53,930 nucleotides of DNA from Octopus bimaculoides (lineage: Eukaryota). The notes below the pieces were generated by a model that was not told the DNA's origin, did not search any database, and saw only the letters and a program-made list of their open reading frames with translations. Numbering within the stretch: position 1 is the stretch's first letter; every line of letters begins with the position of its first letter. Below are positions 24,201 through 37,175 of this stretch, in pieces. The stretch lies in the NCBI RefSeq assembly GCF_001194135.2, contig NC_068995.1:12355662-12409591 (forward strand). Direction: 5' to 3'. The position numbers and the translations under genes are program-made.

Positions 24201-25619
24201 TTTATGCCGTTTTTTTCCTATCCCTTAAAATTACTGACCTTGTATTAAAATCTGAGGCCATTATTTTATATAAAATTGAGATTGGTTGTCATCATATCAA
24301 CAAGTGATTTAAGGAACTAAAATTAAATTCTTCTCCAACACTGAAAATAAAATGAATGGAAATGAAAAATTACTCCTAATTTCTAATTTGGTTTATTACT
24401 AAAATGTTCTTTATTTTTAGGTTATATTTTCACCATTCCGCTATCTTTTTCCTATTTGGTTTTCTCACTTTTGGTGTCATACCTGTCTATCCTCTATCAG
24501 AGGTTAGAGGGGAAGAGGAAACAAGCATTATCTTCTCACCAACCGGTGATAAAAATATGTAATATGGAAAGAAAGATTAACAAAGATGATATAAATATAA
24601 ATTGTTAAATTGAAAAAAAAGTTTTTTTGTTTCTGTTTTGTTTTTGTTTTCTTCTTTTAGCAGAAATGGTTTGAAATTGCCAATTTAAAATTTCGTCCAT
24701 CTCACCATATATTTCAGTATTTTTAGATATTTCCTATAATTTACGAATTGGCATTCAAGAAAAAAAAAATAGGTGTATAAAACAAAAATAGTTCCGCAGA
24801 AATTGCAGCCAATATTATTGCTCTTAACGGGTCGATAATATAAAGAATTGATATTGAAATGGACTAATATTGAAGTAATATATTCGTGTACATTATACAG
24901 ATATCGAGAAAAGAATGTGACCTCAATGACCCTACTTAGAGAGATATATAAATCCATTTGTGGTTCATTACACATTAGCAGGTTTTCCTTGTGTTCTCCG
25001 TGATAAATGATATTGCGGTAAAAGAAGCTAAATAGGCCTATTTAGAGAAATAATTCATCGCTGAATGAAAACTAAGAAGACTGGAGAATGGTATTTCTGA
25101 AAGACTCTGAAAGATTCCGAGAGAGAAGGAGAGAGATAGAGAGAGTGAATGAAAGACACTGGCTTTTATATCTTAAGCAAGCTAGAATTTCTTTTATGAA
25201 GAAATCGCTTTATTCGTGATGCAAACTCTTATAAGGTTGTATAGATTTATATAAAAGAACGTCTAACATCAGAAATTCACGTAGCAGGCTTAGTTAAATG
25301 GCATAATTTTATTTGTGCATTTAGTTTTTATAAAGCATTATCAATAACTCCAATTAACCAATTCCATGAAACAACGTAGAATACTCAACTAAAAGGTCAA
25401 ACGCCTGTCTCTATCGTCAACTTAGAACTCTTTCTATCATGAAGACACTATGGCTTAGGCTTCTTAGTTGTAGTCATGCACTTGTGATATGATACATCTC
25501 CCCACTTGATTGCATTATTTTGTATATCTACAGCTAAACAGCCTGATCCACAAAGTCATAGTTACCATTTTTTAAAGCTATGACGCAAGAACAGCAGATT
25601 TTAAGGGAACGGTTTTATT

Positions 25620-26360
25620 CAATTTCGCCGACTCAGATACTCGGTTGGTAGTTTATTTTATTGACGGCAGAAGCATGATAGGCAAAGTTGACCTTGACAG
25701 AACTGAATTCAGGATAGAAAGAGCCGAAAGAAATCCTGCCGAGCATTTTGTCGGACGTGCCAACAATTCTGACAACTCGCTGCTTGAAAAATTCTTAATA
25801 ACTGTTTCAAATTTTGACGAGCAAATTTCAAGCTATTTCATCTGATGAGACCTTCATCCGTTTGAAATTATTAAGATGTGATTGTAATAAGATTTCGTTG
25901 TTACTTCTAGCACATCAAGCGACCATGTGTAGGCATTCTCGTTAAATGTTTCAATTAGTGCTGCTTTTATACCCACGCTAGCTCTGACTGATCAGATGTA
26001 CACCGGACTCAGTACTTGGCTGATATTTCAGTTTATTGACTCCGGGAGAATAAAAGGCAAACTCAACCTCGACAGGATTTGAACTCAAAATTTAAACAGG
26101 GGGGGGGGGGAAATGCAGCCAAGCATTTTGTCCTAGACGTTAAAGATCCTGCCTGCACGCCGCTTTACGCAGTCTTAAATAATACTTTGTATTATAAGCA
26201 CAAGGCTTGGAATTTTGAAGCTGGGGACTAGTCGATTATCTCGGCCCCAGTGGTCAATTGATACTTATTTTACCATCCCCGAAAGGATGAAAGGCAAAAT
26301 CGACCTCAGTGGTATTTGATCTCAGAACGTAATGACGGAAGAAATGCCGCTAAGCATTTA
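25620..26360 (-). mobile_element. Three SINE family B copies (25620-25787, 26010-26167, 26185-26360)
   Basis: Repeated aaggcaaa.t.gacct core and aagcattttgtc head motifs. Confidence 0.78.
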
Positions 26361-26387
26361 AGGACTACATTGTCCAGTTTGATACTC

Positions 26388-26418
<31 letters not shown>

Positions 26419-26549
26419 TCGTAAGTTGATGGCTGCTTGAAACGGCTATAGAAGAGAATGGATCCAGGGGACCCCTATTCTAGAGAGAAAAGAGTGGACA
26501 TATGCGTTAGAGTGAGTTACGGGAGAGGGAAAATATGAACATAGTTTAC

Positions 26550-26590
<41 letters not shown>

Positions 26591-26592
26591 AG

Positions 26593-26659
<67 letters not shown>

Positions 26660-27530
26660 AGCAAATGCATTAGGTATTTGTGTGTGTAACAGGTAGTCAA
26701 GTCCCGGAGAGATGTTGGCAATTGTATTAGTGGTTAAAACAAATCAGAGAGAAGGTATTTTGTATGTGGGCCACAAGTAGGAGTATGTTGCGGAGAAAAG
26801 CACGAAAAACAGTTTAGAAGTCTTTGTTGGGTTTATGCGATGTATGATAGTTGTGTATTTTGTAGTAGAAAAATACCATCCCAGAAGTATTTGAACATAT
26901 GAATATGCTTTTCGGAAAAAATACAGTAAAAGGTTTAGTAGGATACCCTATCTTTTCTCCTAACAATCATAAATTGTTTTTTCCTTCTCGTATTTTTATA
27001 TACTTCAGTGATTTTCTATAATTTCCCTTTCAAAAGTGTACTTGTTATCGATATTTATCCCTGATCTGCTAATTAATCGGGCATGTGATTTCAGGTACTC
27101 TAACCATGAACATAACGTATTTATCAAGCTATTTCATCCGTTGTCTCCCACATCCCTTTGAAATTAGTAAGACGTGATTGTAAAGAGATTTCGTTGTCAC
27201 TTCTAGCATATCAAACGACCGTGTGTAAGCACTCTCGTTAGTTGTTTCATTTCAATTATTTTGACTGATCACATGTACATCGGCGTTCCTGCATGACCAT
27301 CCTGCCTTTAATAACTTACGCTATATTATTCAACGTGATCTCATTCCAAGACGATAGAGTTTAATTCAGACGACACTTGGGTGTTATTTCTAGTATGTCA
27401 AGCGGCCGAATACATCCTCCCAAATTTCTCTTAAATATTTTCACTGAACGCGAGCTAACAAGGGAGTGTTTACAGGACCATTCGATCTGCAAGAAATAGC
27501 AGCTAAATTTCAAATTTCCTGCAAACCAGC
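25850..27530. repeat. Copies of an unclassified dispersed repeat (family D) at 25850-26010, 27130-27300 and 27450-27530
   Basis: Shared gatttcgttgt.acttctagca.atcaa.cgacc.tgtgta.gca.tctcgtta; related gaaatagcagccaaat-like motifs also at about 16150-16225, 17485-17540, 21495-21530, 22130-22310 and 51140-51245. Confidence 0.7.
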
Positions 27531-28129
27531 CGATACTCGTAACCCTAAAAGGACACACAGAATAATGTAATCCTTTTTTAAAAAAATTGACGGGGAGATT
27601 ACAGTTGGAACGCTTTGATCATAAGGCTGCTTAATAAGATATAAACAGGGGCTAAACGACCATGATACAACAGCAGCATCAGTAGCAACAACAACAGAAA
27701 CAATACGCAAATCCATTTTCGTCTTCATTCATCTATATCAGCGGATTATTCAACGCGCTTATAACATCGTCATATTTAGGCATTAGCTCTTTCCATAGCA
27801 ACCCACCCGAGACCACCCCTGGTTGGTTTCTATTACACAAACTTCCTGTTTAAAGTTATCTAAATTAAAACCTTCCAACAAAATTTCATGATGATTTATG
27901 CTTTATAACATTAGTTTAATAATAATGGCGACAAAGTTATTTTACTGGATTCCTCGTTATTTTGGGAATTAATTAAAACAAAGGCTAAGCCGAATGAAAA
28001 TTTACAGAAATCTGGATAGGAATTAGAAGACCTTATTTTCTAAGTATTTTGTACAAGCAAATTCAAAAACCTAGTATTCGGTGAAACAAAATTTTATTCA
28101 TTAAATATAATCGTTTCAATCTTATTGTG

Positions 28130-28480
28130 GAATTCTTTCTCTCGATGTCTCTTTCTCTCCCTTTTCTTTCTTTCTTTCTTTTTTTCTTTCTTTCTTTCTC
28201 TCTTTCCTTCTTTCCCTCCCTCTCTCTCCCTCTTCTGTTCTCTCACTCTCGCTCTCATTTCCTTCTCCTTTTTTCTTATATCATTCTCTCAGTCCCTCTC
28301 TACATTTTTTATCTCTTCCTTCTTCCTTTCTTTCCATCTTTCCCTCTTCTTTTCTTCCTTTATCTCTTCCCCTATTTTCTCTCCCATTGTCTTTATTCTA
28401 TTCTCACTTTTCTCACAATCGCATTTTCTATACCTCCATTGCTTTCTTTCTCTCTCTTTCTCTCCCTCTCTCTCCCACTT

Positions 28481-28536
<56 letters not shown>

Positions 28537-28717
28537 CCTATCTATCTATCTATCTATCTATCTACCTATCTCTCAGTATCTGCCTTCCCGTTGTCTCTTT
28601 TCGTCTTTCTCTCTCGACGTTTCACTCCCTTTTTCTCTTGCTTTATTCTTTTGTTTCTATATACCTCTCTCTCTCTTCTCTCTCTCTTCTCTCTCTCTCT
28701 TATCTCTCTCTTCTCTT

Positions 28718-28748
<31 letters not shown>

Positions 28749-29100
28749 TTCTCTCTCTCTCTCTCTCTCTTTCTTACTATTTCTCTCCTTTTCCCATTTT
28801 ACTTTCACTTTCACTACATTTTTCTCCTCTATCACTTTCACTTTGTCTCTTCACTCACCCCACTTTTTCTCTTTTCCTATTGTTCCTCCCACTTTCTCTA
28901 TCCCTTCTCCTCTCTCTGGTTTATATCTGTCTCTCTTCTCTCACTAACTCTTTACCCCCTCGCTTCCTTTTATTTTTATCTTTCTCTTCTCTTCTTTACG
29001 ATAAAATTTTGTCTTCCCTCTTTTCCCACCCTCTCTCTCTCTGTCTCTCAAACTTTCTCCCTATTTTTCTTTCTCACTCTCTCTCACTCTCCGTGATTTT
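28130..29100. repeat. About 1-kb polypyrimidine (CT/CTTT-rich) tract
   Basis: Predominantly C/T on the + strand; source of the 323-aa and 371-aa S/L/F ORFs. Confidence 0.95.
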
Positions 29101-29879
29101 GTTTATTTATCTATTCACCTATCTACCTATATATCTTATATATTTATCCATTTATCAACCGTCCCCTTGTTTCGAAATTTCTTATAATCTATTTTCGTCT
29201 TCACAATTATTATCATCAACCGGTCATCCTCAAACGATATAATTTCAAACGCCATTTTTACCCGACCGCCTTAACCTCCCGTCACTCCCACCTCCTCCCC
29301 TCCTCCTCCTGCACCTCCTTATAACATTCTATTTGTTATCTTTTACCTCCTCAGACTATATAAATGAGCATCGGTTCGTTTCGATTGTTCTCCTGTCTCT
29401 TAGTGACAGTGTTATTGTTTTATTTCTCTCAATTCATTTATCTAACTTTGCCTATCTGACATCACTTCCTTCTTCATCTTCTTCATCTTCTTCATCTTCT
29501 TCCACGCCTCCTTCCTATCCTTCTTCTTCACTATTAGTTTAATAACATGAATATCTTAAATCCTTATACAGCATCCCTTTTTTTTCACTCACCCCAAGCA
29601 ACATATATTGATAATACTGGCATATTTTAATTACCTTTTCTTTTAAACTTCCTCAAGGTGTTTCTTTGTGTGTGTATGCGTGTGTGTGCGCAAGTGTGTA
29701 TGTGTTTATGTATGCGTTTGCGAGTACTTTGTTTCGTTTTTGTCTTTCAACACACTGAAGAATTTTAAATTAAAAATTTTTCCTGTGATATCTCCAAATT
29801 GTATTTTCTAGCACATTATAGTTATCGCTGTTGTCATTGTTGTCTTTGTGTAACATTTTTTGTGTATTTCTTTGCAATC

Positions 29880-29892
29880 ATTATCATCATCA

Positions 29893-29953
<61 letters not shown>

Positions 29954-30130
29954 CATTATTATTATTACTATTTGTTATCGTGTGTGTTGTCGTTAGTCTT
30001 TATGTTACAATTAATGTCACTGTGATAGTTCTAGTTGTTGTTGTTCTTGATGATGATGATGATGAGGAGGAGGATGATGATGAGGAGGAGGATGATGATG
30101 AGGAGGAGGATGATGATGATGATGATGATA
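29880..30130. repeat. (ATT)n and (GAT/GAG)n microsatellites
   Basis: Read directly. Confidence 0.95.
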
Positions 30131-30554
30131 TTTGCGTTCTAGTTGTTATTAATTTAATTTTTGTTTTTGTCTTTTCATTTGATTTTTTTTTTTTCATTCA
30201 TTTCTCTAGGGTGTACATTTAAAACAAAAATATACCATCAGAAGCGTGTGGAATGAAATTTAAGGAAATAACATATAATGCGCCTTTAAAGAAAAGAAGA
30301 TACGTATATATATGCACACACAAACAAACACACACACACACACACACACACATAGTCACACGCACACACACATATATATATGTATGTGCGTATAAATATA
30401 TGCATGTATGCATATGCATATATTTGTGTTTGTACAAAACTATGCGTATATATGTATGTGTTGTGTATACGCATACGCTCAATCATACAAAGACATATAA
30501 ACTAGTGAATAGGAATTTGCTTCAAGCGTCGTGAAGAGTAAAAAATAAATAAAT

Positions 30555-30830
30555 AAATAAATAAATAAGTAAAACCGGAAAGGCAAAGGCATTAAAGAAA
30601 TAGTAAAAGAAAAGTAAAACAACATTAAAAAAAACATTTCAAGCATCAAACAAACAAACAGAAACAAAACAAAGACAAACATGAAATAGCGAACGAGCGG
30701 CAACATAAACATAAACATAATGGTAAATAATAAATAGAAATAACTATAGTATATATATATATATATATATATATATGACGTTGAAACGTTGATAGTATTT
30801 CTACTGCAGCAACAGTGACAATTTCAGCGG
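30555..30830 (+). repeat. Copy 1 of a diverged direct repeat (copy 2 at about 36735-36985)
   Basis: Shared collinear blocks: ggcaaaggcat.aaagaaata.taaa.gaaaag; caacataaacataaac.taatggtaaat.ataaata; ttgaaacgttgatagta.ttctactgca.caacagt.acaa. Confidence 0.85.
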
Positions 30831-31120
30831 CAGCCCAGCTGATTGAAATACATGCAAAGAATTATCATAGCACCTGAATTTGCTCGACAAAAGCTTGCAG
30901 AAATAAAAGTAAAACCGAAAACGATTGGTAGTAGATCAAGATAGGAAGAGAAGGAGAAGAAGAAAGTAAGGAATTATTAAAGAACCGAAGCTGTATCTCA
31001 TAAATAGTTTGGCAGGTAAGCAGATTAAAATCTTTGGCAAATGTTTGGCAAGGCAAGGTATGCTTGCGTTCTGTTTGCCTATATTAAAGAAGTCGTATTT
31101 TTATATAGATTTTTCTTATA

Positions 31121-31170
<50 letters not shown>

Positions 31171-31464
31171 ATTATTATTATTATTATTCCCTCCCTCCGT
31201 TGTAGCGGTAACAATCTACATCAGCGATACGGACATCACCAATTTAACGCCAACAGAATAAACTACGATTATGTGAGAACCGCGATAAATTGGAAGCAGC
31301 CACTGGCAGGGGTGGGTGCAAGTTGGCAGTGGTGGAGGAGGCGCAGGTGATTGTGATGGAAGCGGTGGAGCGAGTTTGTCGTGAGTGTGACACAGTGGTG
31401 GAAATAGATGTTTGGAGCTTTCCTTAGAAACCTATTTCGAGAAAAATCGCTTGATGGTACTTAT

Positions 31465-31591
31465 TAATGACGACGATGATGATGATGATGATGAATTTGA
31501 TGACGACGATGACGACAAAGACGACGATGACGATGATGACTATGGAAGTGGTGCTGATGATGATGATAGGAACGATGATAATAATGACGAC

Positions 31592-31649
<58 letters not shown>

Positions 31650-31766
31650 CCGACAATGCTGCAGCTGTTGCAGATGGTGATGATGTTGATGAGAATGATG
31701 ATGATGATGACGATGGTGAATATGTTGGTAGAGAATTATGTTAAGATAATGATGATGATGATGATG

Positions 31767-31842
<76 letters not shown>

Positions 31843-31870
31843 CTACAACGACGACGACGATGATGATGTA
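31465..31870. repeat. (GAT/GAC)n degenerate trinucleotide tract
   Basis: Read directly; source of the poly-D, poly-M and poly-H ORFs. Confidence 0.95.
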
Positions 31871-32642
31871 CAATGCTAATACAAATATGTAGCATAGCAG
31901 AAACACGCCGAGAATCGTCCACCAGCGATTGATGGTATTACTAGCCGCACACTTCGGTTTCCAGGCTTCGTCAGTAGCAAGTATCCATTGGCAACCGTAA
32001 GCTAATCAGCAGTTTTGGGCCGCCTTTCATCTTTACATATTCTTCAATGATAAAGGACTTCTCGTGTTGGTTCGGAATAAGATGTCTCTGAATAACAATT
32101 CATTAAATAATTCACCCAGCAGACGAAATCGAAGGAGGGTGAAGAGTTATATTCTCCAAGAAGAAAATAACTTCTTTTGTTTTTGTACTTTAATTTAACT
32201 TTCTTTTTTTTTTATTTTATTTATTTCTTTTTTTTTTTGTATTATGATTAAAACCATTTCTTACTTTCAGGCAACAAGAAAAAGTTCCAACGATAATTTG
32301 ACTCGACTAGATCGGGTGGAGTTTTAGAGCAAACAAATTATCAAATATGAGCAACAGTAAGGCGCCAGGAAATCGGATCAAATTTTAACTCGACACATTT
32401 TCCTATCATAAATTCTATTTATGCTAATAAAGAATTATTGATGTCTTCTCGCGTCTTCTTTTTCGTACGATCTTCTATTCCACAATCTTATTTCAGGTTG
32501 AAGGTCCCACGGCCCACAACAGAAGCAGTCTAAAAGCCTGCCCAGACGACGACTATTTTGTTAGTATATGTATATATATTATTTGTATGTTAACATATAT
32601 GTACATCCATACACACACACACACACACACACACATACACAC

Positions 32643-32689
<47 letters not shown>

Positions 32690-32763
32690 GCATATCTACA
32701 TTTCATTTTTCCATCGATCATTTTCCATCTCTGTATATATGAGTATATATACGTATATGTAGG

Positions 32764-32795
<32 letters not shown>

Positions 32796-33074
32796 CATAG
32801 ATAGATGGATGGATGGATGGATGGATGGATGGATGGATACGAATATATGCTTATATACATGTGTATGTAACATAGCCGTATACATATAGATAGTATATGT
32901 GCATATATGTGAGTATGGCTCTGAGGATGAGAGAGATAAAGTGTGTCAAGGAGTGTTTTTTCTGTTAGTGTAGGATTTCTGAGATTCCTCTTGCGAATCA
33001 AATTTTACCTTGAAATAGATTCATGTATATTTGCATTCTATGATATGTGAGTAAAAACATTGGATGAGCATTTC

Positions 33075-33325
33075 CCATCATGCTTCCATTTACCCAAATG
33101 ACCGAACTACCTTGCTGCTTTAGGAGTGCGTTGATGCAAGCACTTTATCTTAGTTTGAGAGTTAGAAATATAAGCGTCAGCGAATGTATATAGTTAAGTC
33201 ACTTTCATCCTGTTCTGCTAAATCGCATTAACTGTCATATCATCTGCGTATTGAAGTTCAATTAAAGATGTAGTCGTGATCCTTGGTTTCGAACGGAGTT
33301 CTCCAAGACTGAATAGTTTCAGTGG
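33075..33325 (-). mobile_element. RTE-clade LINE reverse-transcriptase remnant
   Basis: Minus-strand translation KLFSLGELRSKPRITTTSLIELQYADDMTV (YADD at 33239-33250), then TFADAY...TKIKCLHQRTP, matching the RTE pattern KLFNLRRL...ELxYADD...KTEVLHQP. Confidence 0.8.
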
Positions 33326-33471
33326 AATAAAATCTAGTGGAACAAAATCTAGATTTCAGGCGGTTCTTTGTCAGATTGAGTTCAAGAATAACTGAGTTCA
33401 AGATAGAAAACAAAGTAAAGTACATTATGTATACTTACCTATATCTGAATTTCACGTCAAAGTTTGTTAAA

Positions 33472-34034
33472 CTAGGCTCACGTTTTGCACTGAGACGCTC
33501 GAATCCAGATACGCTGAAATGATGGAGTCCTCGCAAATGATACGTCGCTATTAGTGGTCGTTTATTCGTCAACCAATCACTCTTGTCCACACTGGTGCTA
33601 CATTTTAACAAATTTCATGTACGTACAAGTGATAATTCTATAAGCTGGAGATATAACGGCAAAGATGTGTGAGGAACATGCCGTACATCTAATAGTAAAA
33701 CACACAGATGAAGGTAAGCTTCCCCAAGCAGGCTGACTCTTAAGCTTGCTCACACGATATCAAATTTAATGGTTGAATGTAGTGCGTATTGTGGACATTT
33801 GTATATCCAAAGAATAGCTTTCTTCATGAAGTATGAAAGGCAATGCATAGAAAGAGGTCAAACGAAGAGATTCAGAGATGTACGTACATGAAATTTGTTA
33901 AAATGTAGCACCAGTGTGGACAAGAATGATTGGTTGACGAATAAACGACCACTAATAGCGACGTATCATTTGCGAGGACTCCATCATTTCAGCGTATCTG
34001 GATTCGAGCGTCTCAGTGCAAAACGTGAGCCTAG
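33472..34034. repeat. 156-bp inverted repeat (33472-33627 / 33879-34034) with a 251-bp spacer
   Basis: Arms compared base by base: 155/156 identical. Outer ends are CTAG; inner ends carry the palindrome TGTACGTACA. Confidence 0.97.
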
Positions 34035-34120
34035 AACGCATTGCGAGAAATTCATTGCAGCTCCTCTTCCTACGTATTACAAGCAAAGCTTGACCTGCGA
34101 TGAACTTGTTGATCCCTCAT
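33630..34120 (+). mobile_element. Probable Ty3/Gypsy pol remnant (RT C-terminus to RNase H linker)
   Basis: Frameshifted patches EEHAVHL, QAG.TL and AYCGH..ISKE, then AAPLPTYYKQSLTCDELVDPS, whose P..YY...D spacing matches Gypsy APVLAYYD...DAS. Heavily decayed. Confidence 0.45.
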
Positions 34121-34888
34121 TGACCCTACATAGTCATATACAGACCCATAAAAGATTTTTTTTTCAACGGGTAATGGTCGTTGTTCCAGAGGGATCGCCA
34201 AAGTACGAAGAGAGAATATCTAATAAACACACGTCGACAACGAAATTTTGAATAACGAGTACAATTAGCAATTTGAGACTGTAAACATTGGAGTCTTGAT
34301 TAGAAGGTTTAGGTGAGATATATATCTAGAAGGATGGGTCACTCGGTTAATTGTGTTGAAAGGATCAGCGCTAAAACAAAATTGATGTCAAAGTGAGTCA
34401 GCACAGAATTAACGTACAACTAATCAATTAGCCGCTTCAACATGCCTGGGTGTTTGAAAGCTAGGGGTCTAATGAGCCTTGAAAATATGCAATCCATGTT
34501 CTCCCGATTAGATACTATTCTGACAATACTGGACACAGAATCTGTAATAACAGGGGAAAACCCGTGAACGGATTAGCGATGAAGAAGAACAGAAAGGAAA
34601 TTTCAGAGACGATTAGGAAAATGAGTGGGTAAGGGGAATTAACTGGTGGAGACAGTTCAGAATAGTCAATACAGTTCAGATTAGTCAAGATTGTTTAGTT
34701 TGGGTGAAGTAATGAATAATATATTAGTTTATATTCTGTTTCTATGCAAAAGGTTACGTCGCTATTTTATTCATTTATGTTTATATAATAGCTCTATCTT
34801 GGACTAACCATGTCATTTTCGTATATTCACTTTCGTCCTGTTTACTTTTCTAATCTATCTGGTTTCTGTGTTGATTGTATTTATTTTT

Positions 34889-34930
<42 letters not shown>

Positions 34931-35143
34931 GCGAATATGATTACTTGATCTTGGGGTTAGATTATATCGTGTTACTGTTTCACTGCAACAGTTATTATAA
35001 TATAAATATAATTTAAAAAATACATTGAGAGACAGGAATTTTTACTGACAAATACATACAAACTTCTTTCGTATGTCTCGCTCTATATAAGTATATGTAC
35101 GGATAGAAGTGGCTAAGTGTGTGTATTTATATTTGTACGTATG

Positions 35144-35196
<53 letters not shown>

Positions 35197-35198
35197 TG

Positions 35199-35233
<35 letters not shown>

Positions 35234-35284
35234 GTATATGTATGTATAAATGTATATTTCTATGTATGCATGTATGTCTATCTA

Positions 35285-35329
<45 letters not shown>

Positions 35330-35757
35330 TTACACACGTGTGGGGGTGGGGTGGGGGTGTATTTCTATATTTACCATTAATTTACTAATGTTTCGATCAT
35401 AGTACTAACCAGTTCCTGCATGAAACCAGACTCTGTTCTTCACTTCATTACGTAACTTTCCGCCGATTTGAAATGAAAACACGTAATAGTCATAAGAAAG
35501 AGTGGGAAGTGAGTGCTAAATGTCTCCAGACAGGAGACCCTGCCCACGCAAGTGTTTTGTACCGCACTTTCTTACAGTCAAAGAGAACGCAGCCACATCC
35601 AGGTTATGACACCTGGGTGCCCTTCTGCTCTCATTTTTCAGTTCATTTGGATATCGGAGACTTGTGCATACAAATAGTATATACTTATCTATCACATTCT
35701 TTTCTTTCCTTCTGTTCTACGAAATTTCTCCTTCACTCTATCTCTGCTGGTGTGGTG

Positions 35758-35884
35758 GTGTGATAAAAAAACTTGCTTCTTATCACATAGTTTCCGGTTC
35801 AGTCCTAAAGTGTGGCACATTGCACAAGTATTTTCCTCTATAACTTCGAGCAGACCAAAACCTTGTGAGTGGAATTGGTATATA

Positions 35885-35921
<37 letters not shown>

Positions 35922-36161
35922 ATTAGACTGTGGTCATACTGGAGTACAGCCTTGAAGAGGTTTTAGTCGGACAAATCGACCTCAGTATTTATTTCTTAAG
36001 CCTTGTACTTATTCTAACGGTTTCTTTTACATAACCGGTAAGTTACATAAACACACGAACACATAGATACATACATACGCTCACGTACACAAACAAACCC
36101 ACACACATACATACATACATACATACATTCTCACACATATATATATATATATATATGTAAG

Positions 36162-36226
<65 letters not shown>

Positions 36227-36270
36227 AACAGGCTTCTTTCAGTTTCCATGTATCAAATCCACAACACAAA
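35758..36270. mobile_element. Two oppositely oriented SINE family A fragments (+ 35758-35880; - 35919-36270) separated by (TA)n
   Basis: ccggttcagtcc...gtggcac...accaaaaccttgtgagtgg on +; agtcattagactgtggtcatactggag...ggcttctttcagtttcc on -. Confidence 0.75.
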
Positions 36271-36734
36271 TAGAGGAAATTTCGTCAAATGTGCNNNNNN
36301 NNNNNNNNNNNNNNNNNNNNNNNNNNNNNNNNNNNNNNNNNNNNNNNNNNNNNNNNNNNNNNNNNNNNNNNNNNNNNNNNNNNNNNNNNNNNNNNNNNNN
36401 NNNNNNNNNNNNNNNNNNNNNNNNNNNNNNNNNNNNNNNNNNNNNNNNNNNNNNNNNNNNNNNNNNNNNNNNNNNNNNNNNNNNNNNNNNNNNNNNNNNN
36501 NNNNNNNNNNNNNNNNNNNNNNNNNNNNNNNNNNNNNNNNNNNNNNNNNNNNNNNNNNNNNNNNNNNNNNNNNNNNNNNNNNNNNNNNNNNNNNNNNNNN
36601 NNNNNNNNNNNNNNNNNNNNNNNNNNNNNNNNNNNNNNNNNNNNNNNNNNNNNNNNNNNNNNNNNNNNNNNNNNNNNNNNNNNNTATATATACATGGGAA
36701 ATTTGACTGGTAAAGTTTTCCTTTAAAGGAAGAT

Positions 36735-36985
36735 AATCGGAGAGGCAAAGGCATAAAAGAAATAATAAATGAAAAGAAGAACATTAACAAAACATTTCAA
36801 ATACCAAACAAGCATAAACAAAGCAATTGCTGAATGGCTTTATCCGGTATCCAATCTGGGGCTCACCGCTGGAATAGCGACAACATAAACATAAACGTAA
36901 TGGTAAATGATAAATAAAAATGAATATAAAAATGTATAAGTTTGAAACGTTGATAGTAATTCTACTGCAACAACAGTAACAACAT
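36735..36985 (+). repeat. Copy 2 of the diverged direct repeat (see 30555-30830)
   Basis: Same collinear blocks; carries an approximately 50-bp segment absent from copy 1 and lacks the (TA)n of copy 1. Confidence 0.85.
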
Positions 36986-37175
36986 CAGTGATACAAGTCT
37001 CGATTCCTGGTGCGGGCGACGCGTTACGCTCTTGAGCAGAACACTTCATTTCACGTTGCCCCAGTGCTCTCATCTGGCAAAAATGTGTAATCCTGTGCTA
37101 GACCGTCCCGGTCGGGAAGTTATACGTCAATGAAACCGGTATGACACGGGAAGGTAATTTTACCTTTACTTTTAC
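36985..37175 (+). mobile_element. SINE family C, 5' truncated
   Basis: tctcgattcctgg B-box remnant; ctcttgagcagaacacttcatttcacgttgccccagt...ctggcaaaaatg; tail ttttacctttacttttacc. Confidence 0.75.

Noticed and set aside
27785-28110. Possible non-autonomous TTAA-type DNA transposon
   Set aside because: No intact TIR pair or TSD could be read.
28125-29242. 323-aa and 371-aa ORFs as membrane proteins
   Set aside because: They are translations of a CT-rich tract that lacks stops for compositional reasons; no domain content.
31412-31922. Poly-Asp, poly-Met and poly-His ORFs as acidic biomineralisation or metal-binding proteins
   Set aside because: All frames of a (GAT)n tract are similarly open; no signal peptide, splice context or non-repetitive coding flank.
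32271-32356. Candidate exon after a long T-rich acceptor
   Set aside because: All three frames contain stops and the donor is weak; T-rich tracts are ubiquitous here.
35341-35360. G-quadruplex motif
   Set aside because: Only three G-tracts.
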